This document shows, one piece after another, positions 10,351 to 18,052 of a DNA stretch of 64,000 nt. Made by a program: the position numbers and the translations under genes. The stretch is taken from NCBI GenBank assembly GCA_963700145.1, contig OY969474.1:2304001-2368000 (forward strand), given 5' to 3'. This stretch comes from an uncultured Acidobacteriota bacterium (GTDB taxonomy: Bacteria; Acidobacteriota; Thermoanaerobaculia; Multivoradales; UBA5704). Numbering within the stretch: position 1 is the first letter of the stretch; each line of letters starts with the position of its first letter. The notes beneath the pieces are model-generated. The model worked only from the letters and a program-made list of their open reading frames with translations, did not search any database and was not told the origin of the DNA.

Positions 10351-12097
10351 GCAGCTCCCTCCGCAGCCGTGCCCCGAGGTAGACCAGGAGGCCGGCGGAG
10401 GCGACGATCCAGGGCGCCGCGACGCCGGGCTCGTGCCCCCACGGGACGCGGTAGCCGATGCGCGCGGCGAGGGGCAGCAGGAGCAGGGCGACCGGGACGA
10501 GCAGCGCGCCGTAGGCGCGCCAACCCGCCCCCGCCTCGGCGGCGGCGAGCCCGGGGAGGAGCGCGCGGCGCCAGCGGGCGGCGCGGCCCGCCGCGGTCGG
10601 CGGCGTGTCGTCCTCGTCGACCGCGCCGCGGACGCGCCGCAGGCCGAAGGCGGCGGCGAGCACCAGGACGGCGAGGAGGAGCGCGGCGGTGCGCGGCAGG
10701 CCCCCGCCGGCGGTGCCGCCGGCGTCTCCCGCGGCCAGGAGCTGGCGCCGGATCTCCGGCAGGCGGGCGACGCCGCCCTCCTCGACCACGACCCGCTGCT
10801 CGACGTTCTTCCCCCACTCGCTGACCTTGTCGGGGTCGAGCTGCTGCGCCTGGTTGTAGGCGCGCTCCCGCTCGCGGAAGAGGTAGGCCTCGGCGTACGC
10901 CTTGCTCAGGTTGAAGTGCGCGGCGGCGCTCTCGGGGTCGGCGGTGGCGGCCTGCTGGAAGTACTGGATGGCGCTGCCGAAGTCCCCTTTGTAGAAGTAG
11001 TAGGCGCCGAGGTCGAGGAGGGCGGAGGTGTTCTCCTTCTCCCGCGCCAGGACCTCGCGGTAGAGCGGGCGGGCGAGCTCCCACTGGCCGAGCCGGCGGT
11101 GGACGTCGGCCAAGAGCTGGCGCACCGCGAAGCTCTCGGGCAGCGCCGCGCGCAGCGCCGCCAGGTCGTTGAAGAGGGCGCCGTAGAGACGGCCGGCGGC
11201 GACCCTTTCGACCGCGCGCATCGGCGGCGAGACCGCCACCGCGACGCGCCGCCCCTGGGCGTCCAGGAGGAGCGGCGCCGCCCCAATGAGAAGGAGCAGC
11301 GCCGCCACCACCGCCCGCTCGGAGAGCGAAAGGTAGGCCCAGAGGAGGATGGTCCAGTAAAGCACCAGCCAGGCCGGGCCGCCGGGAAGGGCGGCCGGCC
11401 AGACGAGGAGGAGCACCGCCGCGGCGAGCGCGACCGGCCGCAGCGTGCCGAGCTTCGCCGCCAGGTCGCCGACTAGCCGCCGGCCGCGCGTCGCCATCAG
11501 CAGCGCCAGGCAGAGGACGCCGGCGGCGACGAGCGCCGTCCACAGCCAGACCAGGGCGTCGTGCAGCCAGACCGCGCGCAGCGCCGGCTCGCGGGCGAGG
11601 CGCGCGTAGGCCTTCACGGTCCACGCCGCGGCGGCGTGGAAGCGCCCCTCCTCGGCGGCGACGCGCGCCGCGGCGAAGGCGGTCTCGGGCCGCCCGGGAT
11701 CGAGCCGCTCGGCGGCGGCGAGCCCGAGCCGGGCGCGCGCGAAGTCCCCCTTCTCCGCCCACTCGACGGCCGGCACGAGGGCAGCGAGCGCGAGGTCGGG
11801 GAGGCGGCGCATGCCGGCCTGGCCCGCGGTCTCGAGGAGGCGCGCCACCACCCTCTCAGCCCGCTCCTCGCGCACCTCCTCGCGGCCCTGGTAGTAGAAA
11901 GCGCCGATCCACTCCAGCCACTCCTCCTGCAGGCGGAGGAGGGCCTGCTGCACCGGCGGCGTGAGCTGGACGGCGGGGGCGGGAGCGGGGGGAGGGGGCG
12001 GCTGCGCGGAGGCCGCCGCGCTCGCGAGGTGCAGGGCCAGGGCGGCGGCGAGGAGCCCGGCGCGAAACCTTTCGCGCCTAGCCCCGCTTCTGGACAT
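10340..12097 (-). CDS. Tetratricopeptide-repeat membrane protein
   Basis: Signal peptide, TPR motifs (ALLDLGAYYFYKGDFGSAIQYFQQA, AHFNLSKAY) and several TM segments. Confidence 0.82.
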   Translation of the reverse strand: MSRSGARRERFRAGLLAAALALHLASAAASAQPPPPPAPAPAVQLTPPVQQALLRLQEEWLEWIGAFYYQGREEVREERAERVVARLLETAGQAGMRRLPDLALAALVPAVEWAEKGDFARARLGLAAAERLDPGRPETAFAAARVAAEEGRFHAAAAWTVKAYARLAREPALRAVWLHDALVWLWTALVAAGVLCLALLMATRGRRLVGDLAAKLGTLRPVALAAAVLLLVWPAALPGGPAWLVLYWTILLWAYLSLSERAVVAALLLLIGAAPLLLDAQGRRVAVAVSPPMRAVERVAAGRLYGALFNDLAALRAALPESFAVRQLLADVHRRLGQWELARPLYREVLAREKENTSALLDLGAYYFYKGDFGSAIQYFQQAATADPESAAAHFNLSKAYAEAYLFRERERAYNQAQQLDPDKVSEWGKNVEQRVVVEEGGVARLPEIRRQLLAAGDAGGTAGGGLPRTAALLLAVLVLAAAFGLRRVRGAVDEDDTPPTAAGRAARWRRALLPGLAAAEAGAGWRAYGALLVPVALLLLPLAARIGYRVPWGHEPGVAAPWIVASAGLLVYLGARLRRELRGG

Positions 12098-12596
12098 AGC
12101 GGACCCGCAGCCGATAGAGCAGGTCCTCCAGGAAGGCGTTCTCCTGGACCGTCAGGTTCCCCGCCGTCTTCTGCCGCAGCACTTCGAGCAGGTCGATGTA
12201 GAGGCGGGCCATCTCGAGGTTCTCCGCCGTCTGGCCGTCGGGGAGCTCGACGTCGCCCAGGTAGATGGCGACCGGCTCGGCGATCATCGCGGCGAGGTCG
12301 TAGAACGTGGGGCCGAGCCCGGGCGGCGTGCCGGGGATCTCGAGCCGCGGCCCGCTCTCGCGCTCCGGCTCGAGCGGCGGCGGCGGGGAGGCACCGCGAC
12401 GGCGGGGATCGGACTCGGGGGCACGCGCTGGTGGTGGTGGAGGCTGGGGCGGGGGCGGCGGCTCGACCGGCACCGGCTCCGGCGGCGCCTCGGCGGCCGC
12501 CGTCGCCTTCTCGTCGAGGAAGCGGTACTCTTCGCGGAGCGCGCCGTCCGGCGTGAACATCCGCTTGTCGTGGACCTTGATCTCCTTCTCGCTCAC
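12078..12596 (-). CDS. DUF1844 domain protein
   Basis: IKVHDKRMF at the N-terminus; C-terminal NLEMARLYIDLLEVLRQKTAGNLT...LYRLRVRYV. Confidence 0.85.
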   Translation of the reverse strand: MSEKEIKVHDKRMFTPDGALREEYRFLDEKATAAAEAPPEPVPVEPPPPPQPPPPPARAPESDPRRRGASPPPPLEPERESGPRLEIPGTPPGLGPTFYDLAAMIAEPVAIYLGDVELPDGQTAENLEMARLYIDLLEVLRQKTAGNLTVQENAFLEDLLYRLRVRYVQKRG

Positions 12597-12637
12597 GGCC
12601 CTCCCTTTGCCCCTCCGAGAAAGCTCAGAATCGTAGC

Positions 12638-13405
12638 ATGCGCCGTCTGATCGACCTCGTCGCGCGGCTGCGCGCGCCCGACGGCTGCCCCTGGGACCGC
12701 GAGCAGGGCGCCGCCGACCTGCGCGCCTACCTGCTCGAGGAGGCGCACGAGGCCGCGGCCGCCATCGACGGCGGCGACTGGGGCGAGCTGGCGGGCGAGC
12801 TCGGCGACCTCCTCTTCCAGATCGCCTTCCTCGTCCGCCTCGCCGAAGAGCGCGGCGCCTTCGATCTCGAGAAGGTCGTCGCCGGCATCGAGGCCAAGAT
12901 GGTCGCCCGCCACCCGCACGTCTTCGGCGGCGAGACCCTCGCCGACGCCCGCGCCGTGCGCGAGGCCTGGGAGCGGCGCAAGCTCCGCGAGCCCGGACGC
13001 GAGTCCCTCCTCGCCGGCGTGCCGCCGTCCTTGCCCGCCCTCCTCGCCGCCTACCGCTTGACGCAGAAAGCCGCCGGCGTCGGCTTCGACTGGCCGGAGG
13101 CGCAAGCGGTGCTGGCGAAGGTCGACGAAGAGGTCGCGGAGCTCCGCGAAGCGCTCGCGGACGGCAAGCGCGAGGACGCGCGCGAGAAAGTCACCGAGGA
13201 GATCGGCGACCTCCTCTTCACCGTCGCCAACCTGGCGCGCAAGCTCGACGTCGACCCCGAGGCCGCGCTCGCCCGCGCCAACCGCAAGTTCCGCCGCCGC
13301 TTCGAGCAGATCGAGCGCCGCCTCGCCGAGCAGGGCCGCACCGCCGACGAAGCCAGCCTCGCCGAGATGGACGCCCTCTGGGACGAAGCGAAGCGCGAAC
13401 CCTAG
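12638..13405 (+). CDS. mazG: Nucleoside triphosphate pyrophosphohydrolase MazG
   Basis: LRAPDGCPWDREQ, ELGDLLFQ, RHPHVFG, GFDW, EEIGDLLF and KFRRRF motifs. Confidence 0.96.
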   Translation: MRRLIDLVARLRAPDGCPWDREQGAADLRAYLLEEAHEAAAAIDGGDWGELAGELGDLLFQIAFLVRLAEERGAFDLEKVVAGIEAKMVARHPHVFGGETLADARAVREAWERRKLREPGRESLLAGVPPSLPALLAAYRLTQKAAGVGFDWPEAQAVLAKVDEEVAELREALADGKREDAREKVTEEIGDLLFTVANLARKLDVDPEAALARANRKFRRRFEQIERRLAEQGRTADEASLAEMDALWDEAKREP

Positions 13406-14103
13406 CGCCCGGCGCTCGCCGCCGCGGAACTCTCCGCCAGCGCCGCGCGCACCAGCGGCAACACGTTCTCCGCCACCCGCCGGTGCCCCTCCGCGTTCGG
13501 GTGGATCCCGTCCCCCAGGTTCAGCTCCGCCTCCCCGCCCACCCCTTCGAGCAGAAACGGCACCAGCGGCACCCCCAGCTCCCGCGCCACCCGCGGATAG
13601 ATCCCCTCGAACCCCGCCGCATACTCCGGCCCGTAATTCGGCGGGATCCTCATCCCCAGCAACACCACCCGAGCCCCCGCCCCCTTCGCCCGCCGCACGA
13701 TGTCCTCCAGATTCCCCTCAGTCGACTCCAGCGAAAGCCCCCGCAACCCGTCATTCGCCCCCAGCCCCACCACCACCACATCCGGCTTCTGCCGCAACAC
13801 CCACTCCAACCGCCGCACCCCCCCCGCCGACGTGTCCCCGCTAACCCCCGCATTCACCACCCGCACAGGAATCCCCTCCTCCACCAACCGCTCCCGAACC
13901 AAGGCAGGAAACGCCTGCTCCTCCGCCAACCCCAAGCCCGCGGTAAGGCTGTCGCCCAAGAAGACGACTAGCGGTCCGCTCGCCTCCTCTGCCGGTGCGG
14001 AGGTCTGCGCCGGAGCAGTTTCAGGTAGAGGAGCGACTTCCTCCCGCGCCGGCGCGCGGCAGGCGACGACCAGTAGCGCCAGCAGAAGCGCTCTCTTCTT
14101 CAT
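13402..14103 (-). CDS. tesA: GDSL/SGNH arylesterase (TesA-like), lipoprotein
   Basis: ATG at 14103 (MKKRALLLALLVVAC). Motifs GDSLTAG, NAGVSGDT, GANDGLRG, DGIHPN; divergent from ybbAP as in E. coli. Confidence 0.9.
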   Translation of the reverse strand: MKKRALLLALLVVACRAPAREEVAPLPETAPAQTSAPAEEASGPLVVFLGDSLTAGLGLAEEQAFPALVRERLVEEGIPVRVVNAGVSGDTSAGGVRRLEWVLRQKPDVVVVGLGANDGLRGLSLESTEGNLEDIVRRAKGAGARVVLLGMRIPPNYGPEYAAGFEGIYPRVARELGVPLVPFLLEGVGGEAELNLGDGIHPNAEGHRRVAENVLPLVRAALAESSAAASAGR

Positions 14104-14134
14104 CCGACGGATTCTAGTGGCGCGGCTTCCCCCG

Positions 14135-14164
14135 CCCAGATCCTTCGCTTCGCTCAGGATGACA
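14135..14164 (-). repeat. REP-like arm TGTCATCCTGAGCGAAGCGAAGGATCTGGG (copy 1)
   Basis: Differs by one base from 17821-17850 (+) and is related to both arms at 26234-26395. Confidence 0.85.
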
Positions 14165-14233
14165 AGGTGGGGGGTTCCGGCATGGCGCAGGGTTGCGGGC
14201 ACGGCGCAGGCTTTTGCATCCGGGCGGGGGGGA

Positions 14234-14396
14234 GCCCTCCGGCGTGCGCTCCCCGGAGGGACCTCTGAGCGAGCGCCGGGCAACTCCCCATGCAGTCCAC
14301 CACCGACCCCGGCGCAAAGCGAAGCGGAGGCGCGCGCCTCCCTCCGCACTCCACAAAGCGCGCGCCGTTCCCGCAGGGGAGCGCACGCCGGAGGGC
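14234..14396 (+). repeat. Structured ~160-nt element, copy A (21-bp perfect terminal inverted repeat)
   Basis: GCCCTCCGGCGTGCGCTCCCC (14234-14254) pairs with 14376-14396. The core aligns with the reverse complement of 17920-18024. Confidence 0.8.
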
Positions 14397-14498
14397 GGGG
14401 CGGGGGCGGGGGTCTTTCTTTCCCCTGAGGTAAGCTCTGCCGCGCTGCGGCGTACCACAAGCATGCGCGCCGCCCGCCGTTTCCCATCTCCAGCTCCC

Positions 14499-15260
14499 AT
14501 GTCGATCCCCCGCATCGAGCTAAGAGCCCTAACCAAACGCCTCCCCTCCGGCGGCCGCGACCTAACAATCCTCGACCGCATCGACCTATCCATCGCCCCC
14601 GGCGAATTCGTCGCCATCCTCGGCCCTTCAGGCAGCGGCAAATCCACCCTCCTCGCCCTCATGGCCGGCCTAGACCGCCCCACCAGCGGCGAAGTCCACA
14701 TCGACGGCACCCCCATCCACACCCTCTCCGAAGACCAGCTAGCCCTCCTCCGCCGCGAGCACATCGGCTTCGTCTTCCAGAGCTTCCAGCTCCTCGGCAA
14801 CCTCACCGCCCGCGAAAACGTCCTCCTGCCGCTCGAGCTCCTCGCCCGCCCCGACGCCCGCGCCCGCGTCGACGAGCTCCTCGCCGCCGTCGGCCTCAGC
14901 GAGCGCGGCCACCACTACCCGAGCCAGCTCTCCGGCGGCGAGCAGCAGCGCGTCGCCCTCGCCCGCGCCTTCGCCGCGCGGCCGCCCATCCTCCTCGCCG
15001 ACGAGCCCACCGGCAACCTCGACGGCGCCACCGGCCGCCGCGTCCTCGAACAGCTCGTCGAGTTGCGCCGCGCCGGCGGCGCCACCCTCGTCCTCGTCAC
15101 CCACGACCCGGCCGTCGCCGCCCTCGCCTCGCGCCTCGTCCACCTGCGCGACGGCCGCATCGAGCGCGAGGAGACCGCGACACCGTCGCGCGCCGCAGCG
15201 CGCGCCGGGGATAGCGCCGCCGTGCGCGCCGAGGACCCCGCCGCCGAGGCCGTGCGGTGA
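14499..15260 (+). CDS. ybbA: ABC transporter ATP-binding protein (YbbA-like)
   Basis: GPSGSGKST, LSGGEQQRVALARA, LLADEPTGNLD and VTHD motifs. Confidence 0.92.
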   Translation: MSIPRIELRALTKRLPSGGRDLTILDRIDLSIAPGEFVAILGPSGSGKSTLLALMAGLDRPTSGEVHIDGTPIHTLSEDQLALLRREHIGFVFQSFQLLGNLTARENVLLPLELLARPDARARVDELLAAVGLSERGHHYPSQLSGGEQQRVALARAFAARPPILLADEPTGNLDGATGRRVLEQLVELRRAGGATLVLVTHDPAVAALASRLVHLRDGRIEREETATPSRAAARAGDSAAVRAEDPAAEAVR

Positions 15261-17788
15261 CCGCCGGCACCGCCTGGCGCCAGATGCTCCGCGAGTCGCG
15301 CGGCGCGCGCGGCCGGCTCGCCTTCTTCGTCGCCTGCCTGGGCGTCGGCGTGGCGGCGGTCGTCGCGGTCGCCGGGCTTTCGGCCAGCCTCGATCAGGGG
15401 ATCCGCAGCGAGGCGCGCCAGCTCCTCGCCGCCGACCTGGCGGTCGAGTCGATCCGGCCGCTGCCGCCGGCGATCGAGCGCGCGGCCGCCGCCCTCCCCG
15501 GCGCGCAGACCACGCGCGTGCGCGAGCTGGTGACCGTCGTCGCCGCGCCGCTGCGCGCCGGCGGCGCCCCCGGCCCCAGCCAGCTCGTCGAGCTCAAGGC
15601 GGTGGACGGCCACTACCCGTTCTACGGCATCCTCGAAGTCGAGCCGCGCCGGCCGCTCGCCGCGCTGCTGGCGCCCGACACCGCCGTCGCCGCCCCCGAG
15701 CTGCTGGCCAAGCTCGGCGTGCCGGTGGGCGGCACCATCCGCATCGGCGGCCGCGACTTCCGCGTTGCCGGCACGGTGCGTGCCGAGCCCGACCGGCTGA
15801 GCATCTCGCCGAGCCTCGGCCCGCGCGTCTTCCTCTCCGGCGCCGGGCTCGCGCGCGCCAACCTCCTGGGACGCGGCAGCCGCGTCGAGCACCGCCTCCT
15901 CGTCAAGCTCCCGGACGGCGAGGCACCGGGGCGGGTGGCGGTGGCTGCTGCGCAGCTCCGCCGCGCCGCCGGCGCCGCCAACGTGCGCGTCGAGACCTAC
16001 AAGGAGGCGCAGCCCAACCTGCGCGAGGCGCTCGGCGACATCGAGCGCTTCCTCGGCCTCGTCGCCCTGCTGTCGCTCTTCATCGGCGGCATCGGCGTGG
16101 CGCAGAGCGTGCGCGCCTGGCTGGCCGGGCGGCTCGACGCGATCGCGGTCTTGAAGTGCCTCGGCATGCGGCCGCGCGAGGTGCTCGGGCTCTACCTCGG
16201 CCAGACGGTGCTGCTTGGCCTCGCCGGCAGCGTGGCCGGGATCGTCGCCGGCGCCGCGGTGCAGCTGGCGCTGCCGCCGCTCTTCCCCGACCTGATCCCG
16301 GCCGAGCTGATCCGCCCCTGGCAGCCGCTGGCGCTGCTGCGCGGGCTGGGGCTGGGGGTCGGCGTCGCCGTCCTCTTCAGCCTGCTGCCGCTGGCCGACG
16401 TGCTGCGCGTGCCGCCGGCGCGCGTCCTGCGCCGCGACGCCGAGCCGCTGCCGCGCACCCGGTGGCTGGCGGCGGCGACGCTCGCCGCCCTGGTCGCCGG
16501 CGTGCTGGGGATGGCGGCGGCGCAGTCGGGCTCGTGGGAGCTGGGCGCGCGCTTCACCGGCGGCCTGGCGGTCGCGGCGGGGCTCCTCTGGCTCGGCGCC
16601 TTCGCCGTCACCCGCGGCGTCGCGCGGCTGCCGCGCGAGCGCGGCGGCCTCGCGGTGCGCCACGGACTGGCCGCGCTCGGCCGGCCGGGGGCGGCGACGG
16701 TCGGGGCGATCGTCGCCCTCGGGCTCGGCGTCCTGGTGGTGCTCGGGATGTGGCTCGTCGAGCGGCGCCTGAGCGAGGAGCTGGCCGCCGACCTCCCGGC
16801 CGGCGCGCCGAGCGCCTTCCTGATCGACGTCCAGCCCGACCAGTGGCCGGGGGTGCGGGCGATCCTCCAGCGCGAGGGGGCCGAGCACATCGACTCGGTG
16901 CCGGTGGTGACGGCGCGCCTGCTGGCGGTCAACGGCCGCAGCGTCGAGCAGATCGCGCGCGGCGACCGCGAGCGGCGCTGGGCGCTGACCCGCGAGCAGC
17001 GGCTGACCTATCTGCGCGAGCTGCCGGACGACAACAAGTTGGTGGCCGGCGCCCTCTGGCGCGACCCGCGGCGCGCCGAGGTGAGTGTGGAGCAGGACTT
17101 TGCGCGCGACCTGGGGGTCGGGCTCGGCGGGACGCTCGGCTTCGACATCCAGGGGGTGCCGCTGGAGCTCGTGGTGACGAGCCTGCGGACGGTGGACTGG
17201 CGGAACTTCCGGATCAATTTCTTCCTGGTCGCCGAGCCGGGGGTGCTGGAGACAGCGCCGCAGATGCGGCTGGCCGCGGCCGAGCTGCCGCGCGGGCGCG
17301 AGCAGCGGGTGCAGGACCTGATCGCGGCGCGCTACCCGAACGTGACGCTGATCCGGGTGCGGGAGGTGCTGGAGAAGGTGATGGCGGTGCTGGAGCGGAT
17401 CGGGCTGGGGATCCGGTTCCTCGGCGGGTTCACGGTGCTGGCGGGGATCGCGATTCTGGCCGGCGCGGTGGCGGCGGGGGCGGCGCGGCGGGGGCGGGAG
17501 GTGGCGCTGCTGAAGACGCTGGGGATGACGCGGCGCGGGGTGGCGGCGGCGTATGCGGTGGAGTACGCGCTGATCGGGTTGGTGGCAGGGGTGATCGGGG
17601 CGGGGGGTGGGGCGCTGCTGGCCTGGCGGGTGTTGACGGAAGGCTTCGAGATGAGCTGGCGGTTCCAGCCGGCGGCGGTAGGGGCGGCTGTGGCGGGGAC
17701 GGCGCTGCTGACGGTGTTGGCTGGGCTCGGAGCTAGCTGGCGGGCGCTGGAGCGGCGGCCTATCGAAGTGCTGCGCAGCGACTCGTAG
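15257..17788 (+). CDS. ybbP: ABC transporter permease (YbbP/FtsX-like)
   Basis: VELKAVDGHYPFYG, FLIDVQPDQ, REQRLTY and VDWRNFRINFF motifs; two FtsX-type TM blocks. Confidence 0.9.
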   Translation: MTAGTAWRQMLRESRGARGRLAFFVACLGVGVAAVVAVAGLSASLDQGIRSEARQLLAADLAVESIRPLPPAIERAAAALPGAQTTRVRELVTVVAAPLRAGGAPGPSQLVELKAVDGHYPFYGILEVEPRRPLAALLAPDTAVAAPELLAKLGVPVGGTIRIGGRDFRVAGTVRAEPDRLSISPSLGPRVFLSGAGLARANLLGRGSRVEHRLLVKLPDGEAPGRVAVAAAQLRRAAGAANVRVETYKEAQPNLREALGDIERFLGLVALLSLFIGGIGVAQSVRAWLAGRLDAIAVLKCLGMRPREVLGLYLGQTVLLGLAGSVAGIVAGAAVQLALPPLFPDLIPAELIRPWQPLALLRGLGLGVGVAVLFSLLPLADVLRVPPARVLRRDAEPLPRTRWLAAATLAALVAGVLGMAAAQSGSWELGARFTGGLAVAAGLLWLGAFAVTRGVARLPRERGGLAVRHGLAALGRPGAATVGAIVALGLGVLVVLGMWLVERRLSEELAADLPAGAPSAFLIDVQPDQWPGVRAILQREGAEHIDSVPVVTARLLAVNGRSVEQIARGDRERRWALTREQRLTYLRELPDDNKLVAGALWRDPRRAEVSVEQDFARDLGVGLGGTLGFDIQGVPLELVVTSLRTVDWRNFRINFFLVAEPGVLETAPQMRLAAAELPRGREQRVQDLIAARYPNVTLIRVREVLEKVMAVLERIGLGIRFLGGFTVLAGIAILAGAVAAGAARRGREVALLKTLGMTRRGVAAAYAVEYALIGLVAGVIGAGGGALLAWRVLTEGFEMSWRFQPAAVGAAVAGTALLTVLAGLGASWRALERRPIEVLRSDS

Positions 17789-17820
17789 TGCCCGGCCTAC
17801 GCCGGGTTCAGCCTTCAGCA

Positions 17821-17850
17821 TGTCATCCTGAGCGCAGCGAAGGATCTGGG
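17821..17850 (+). repeat. REP-like arm TGTCATCCTGAGCGCAGCGAAGGATCTGGG (copy 2)
   Basis: Matches the reverse complement of 14135-14164. Confidence 0.85.
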
Positions 17851-17891
17851 GGCAGGGGCCTTCGCGGTCGGGGCCACGCGGCCGGGGGGCC

Positions 17892-18052
17892 GCCGTTCGC
17901 GGGGTGCCGCTCCCGGGAACCGGCGCGCGCTTTTGGGAATGCCGGGGGTGGGCGCGCGCCTGCGCTTCGCTGCGCGCGGGATCGTTCGCGGACTGCTTAT
18001 GTCTTGCCGGCGCTTGCGAAGAGCTTCCCGGGAGCGGCACCCCGCGAACGGC
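17892..18052 (-). repeat. Structured ~160-nt element, copy B (28-bp perfect terminal inverted repeat)
   Basis: GCCGTTCGCGGGGTGCCGCTCCCGGGAA (17892-17919) pairs with 18025-18052. The core is homologous to copy A and overlaps the last codons of yfhO. Confidence 0.8.

Noticed and set aside
14135-18052. Composite transposon or invertible segment carrying ybbAP
   Set aside because: The tesA/ybbAP divergent arrangement is the same as in E. coli, the sub-element order is not mirror-symmetric, and no recombinase is adjacent.
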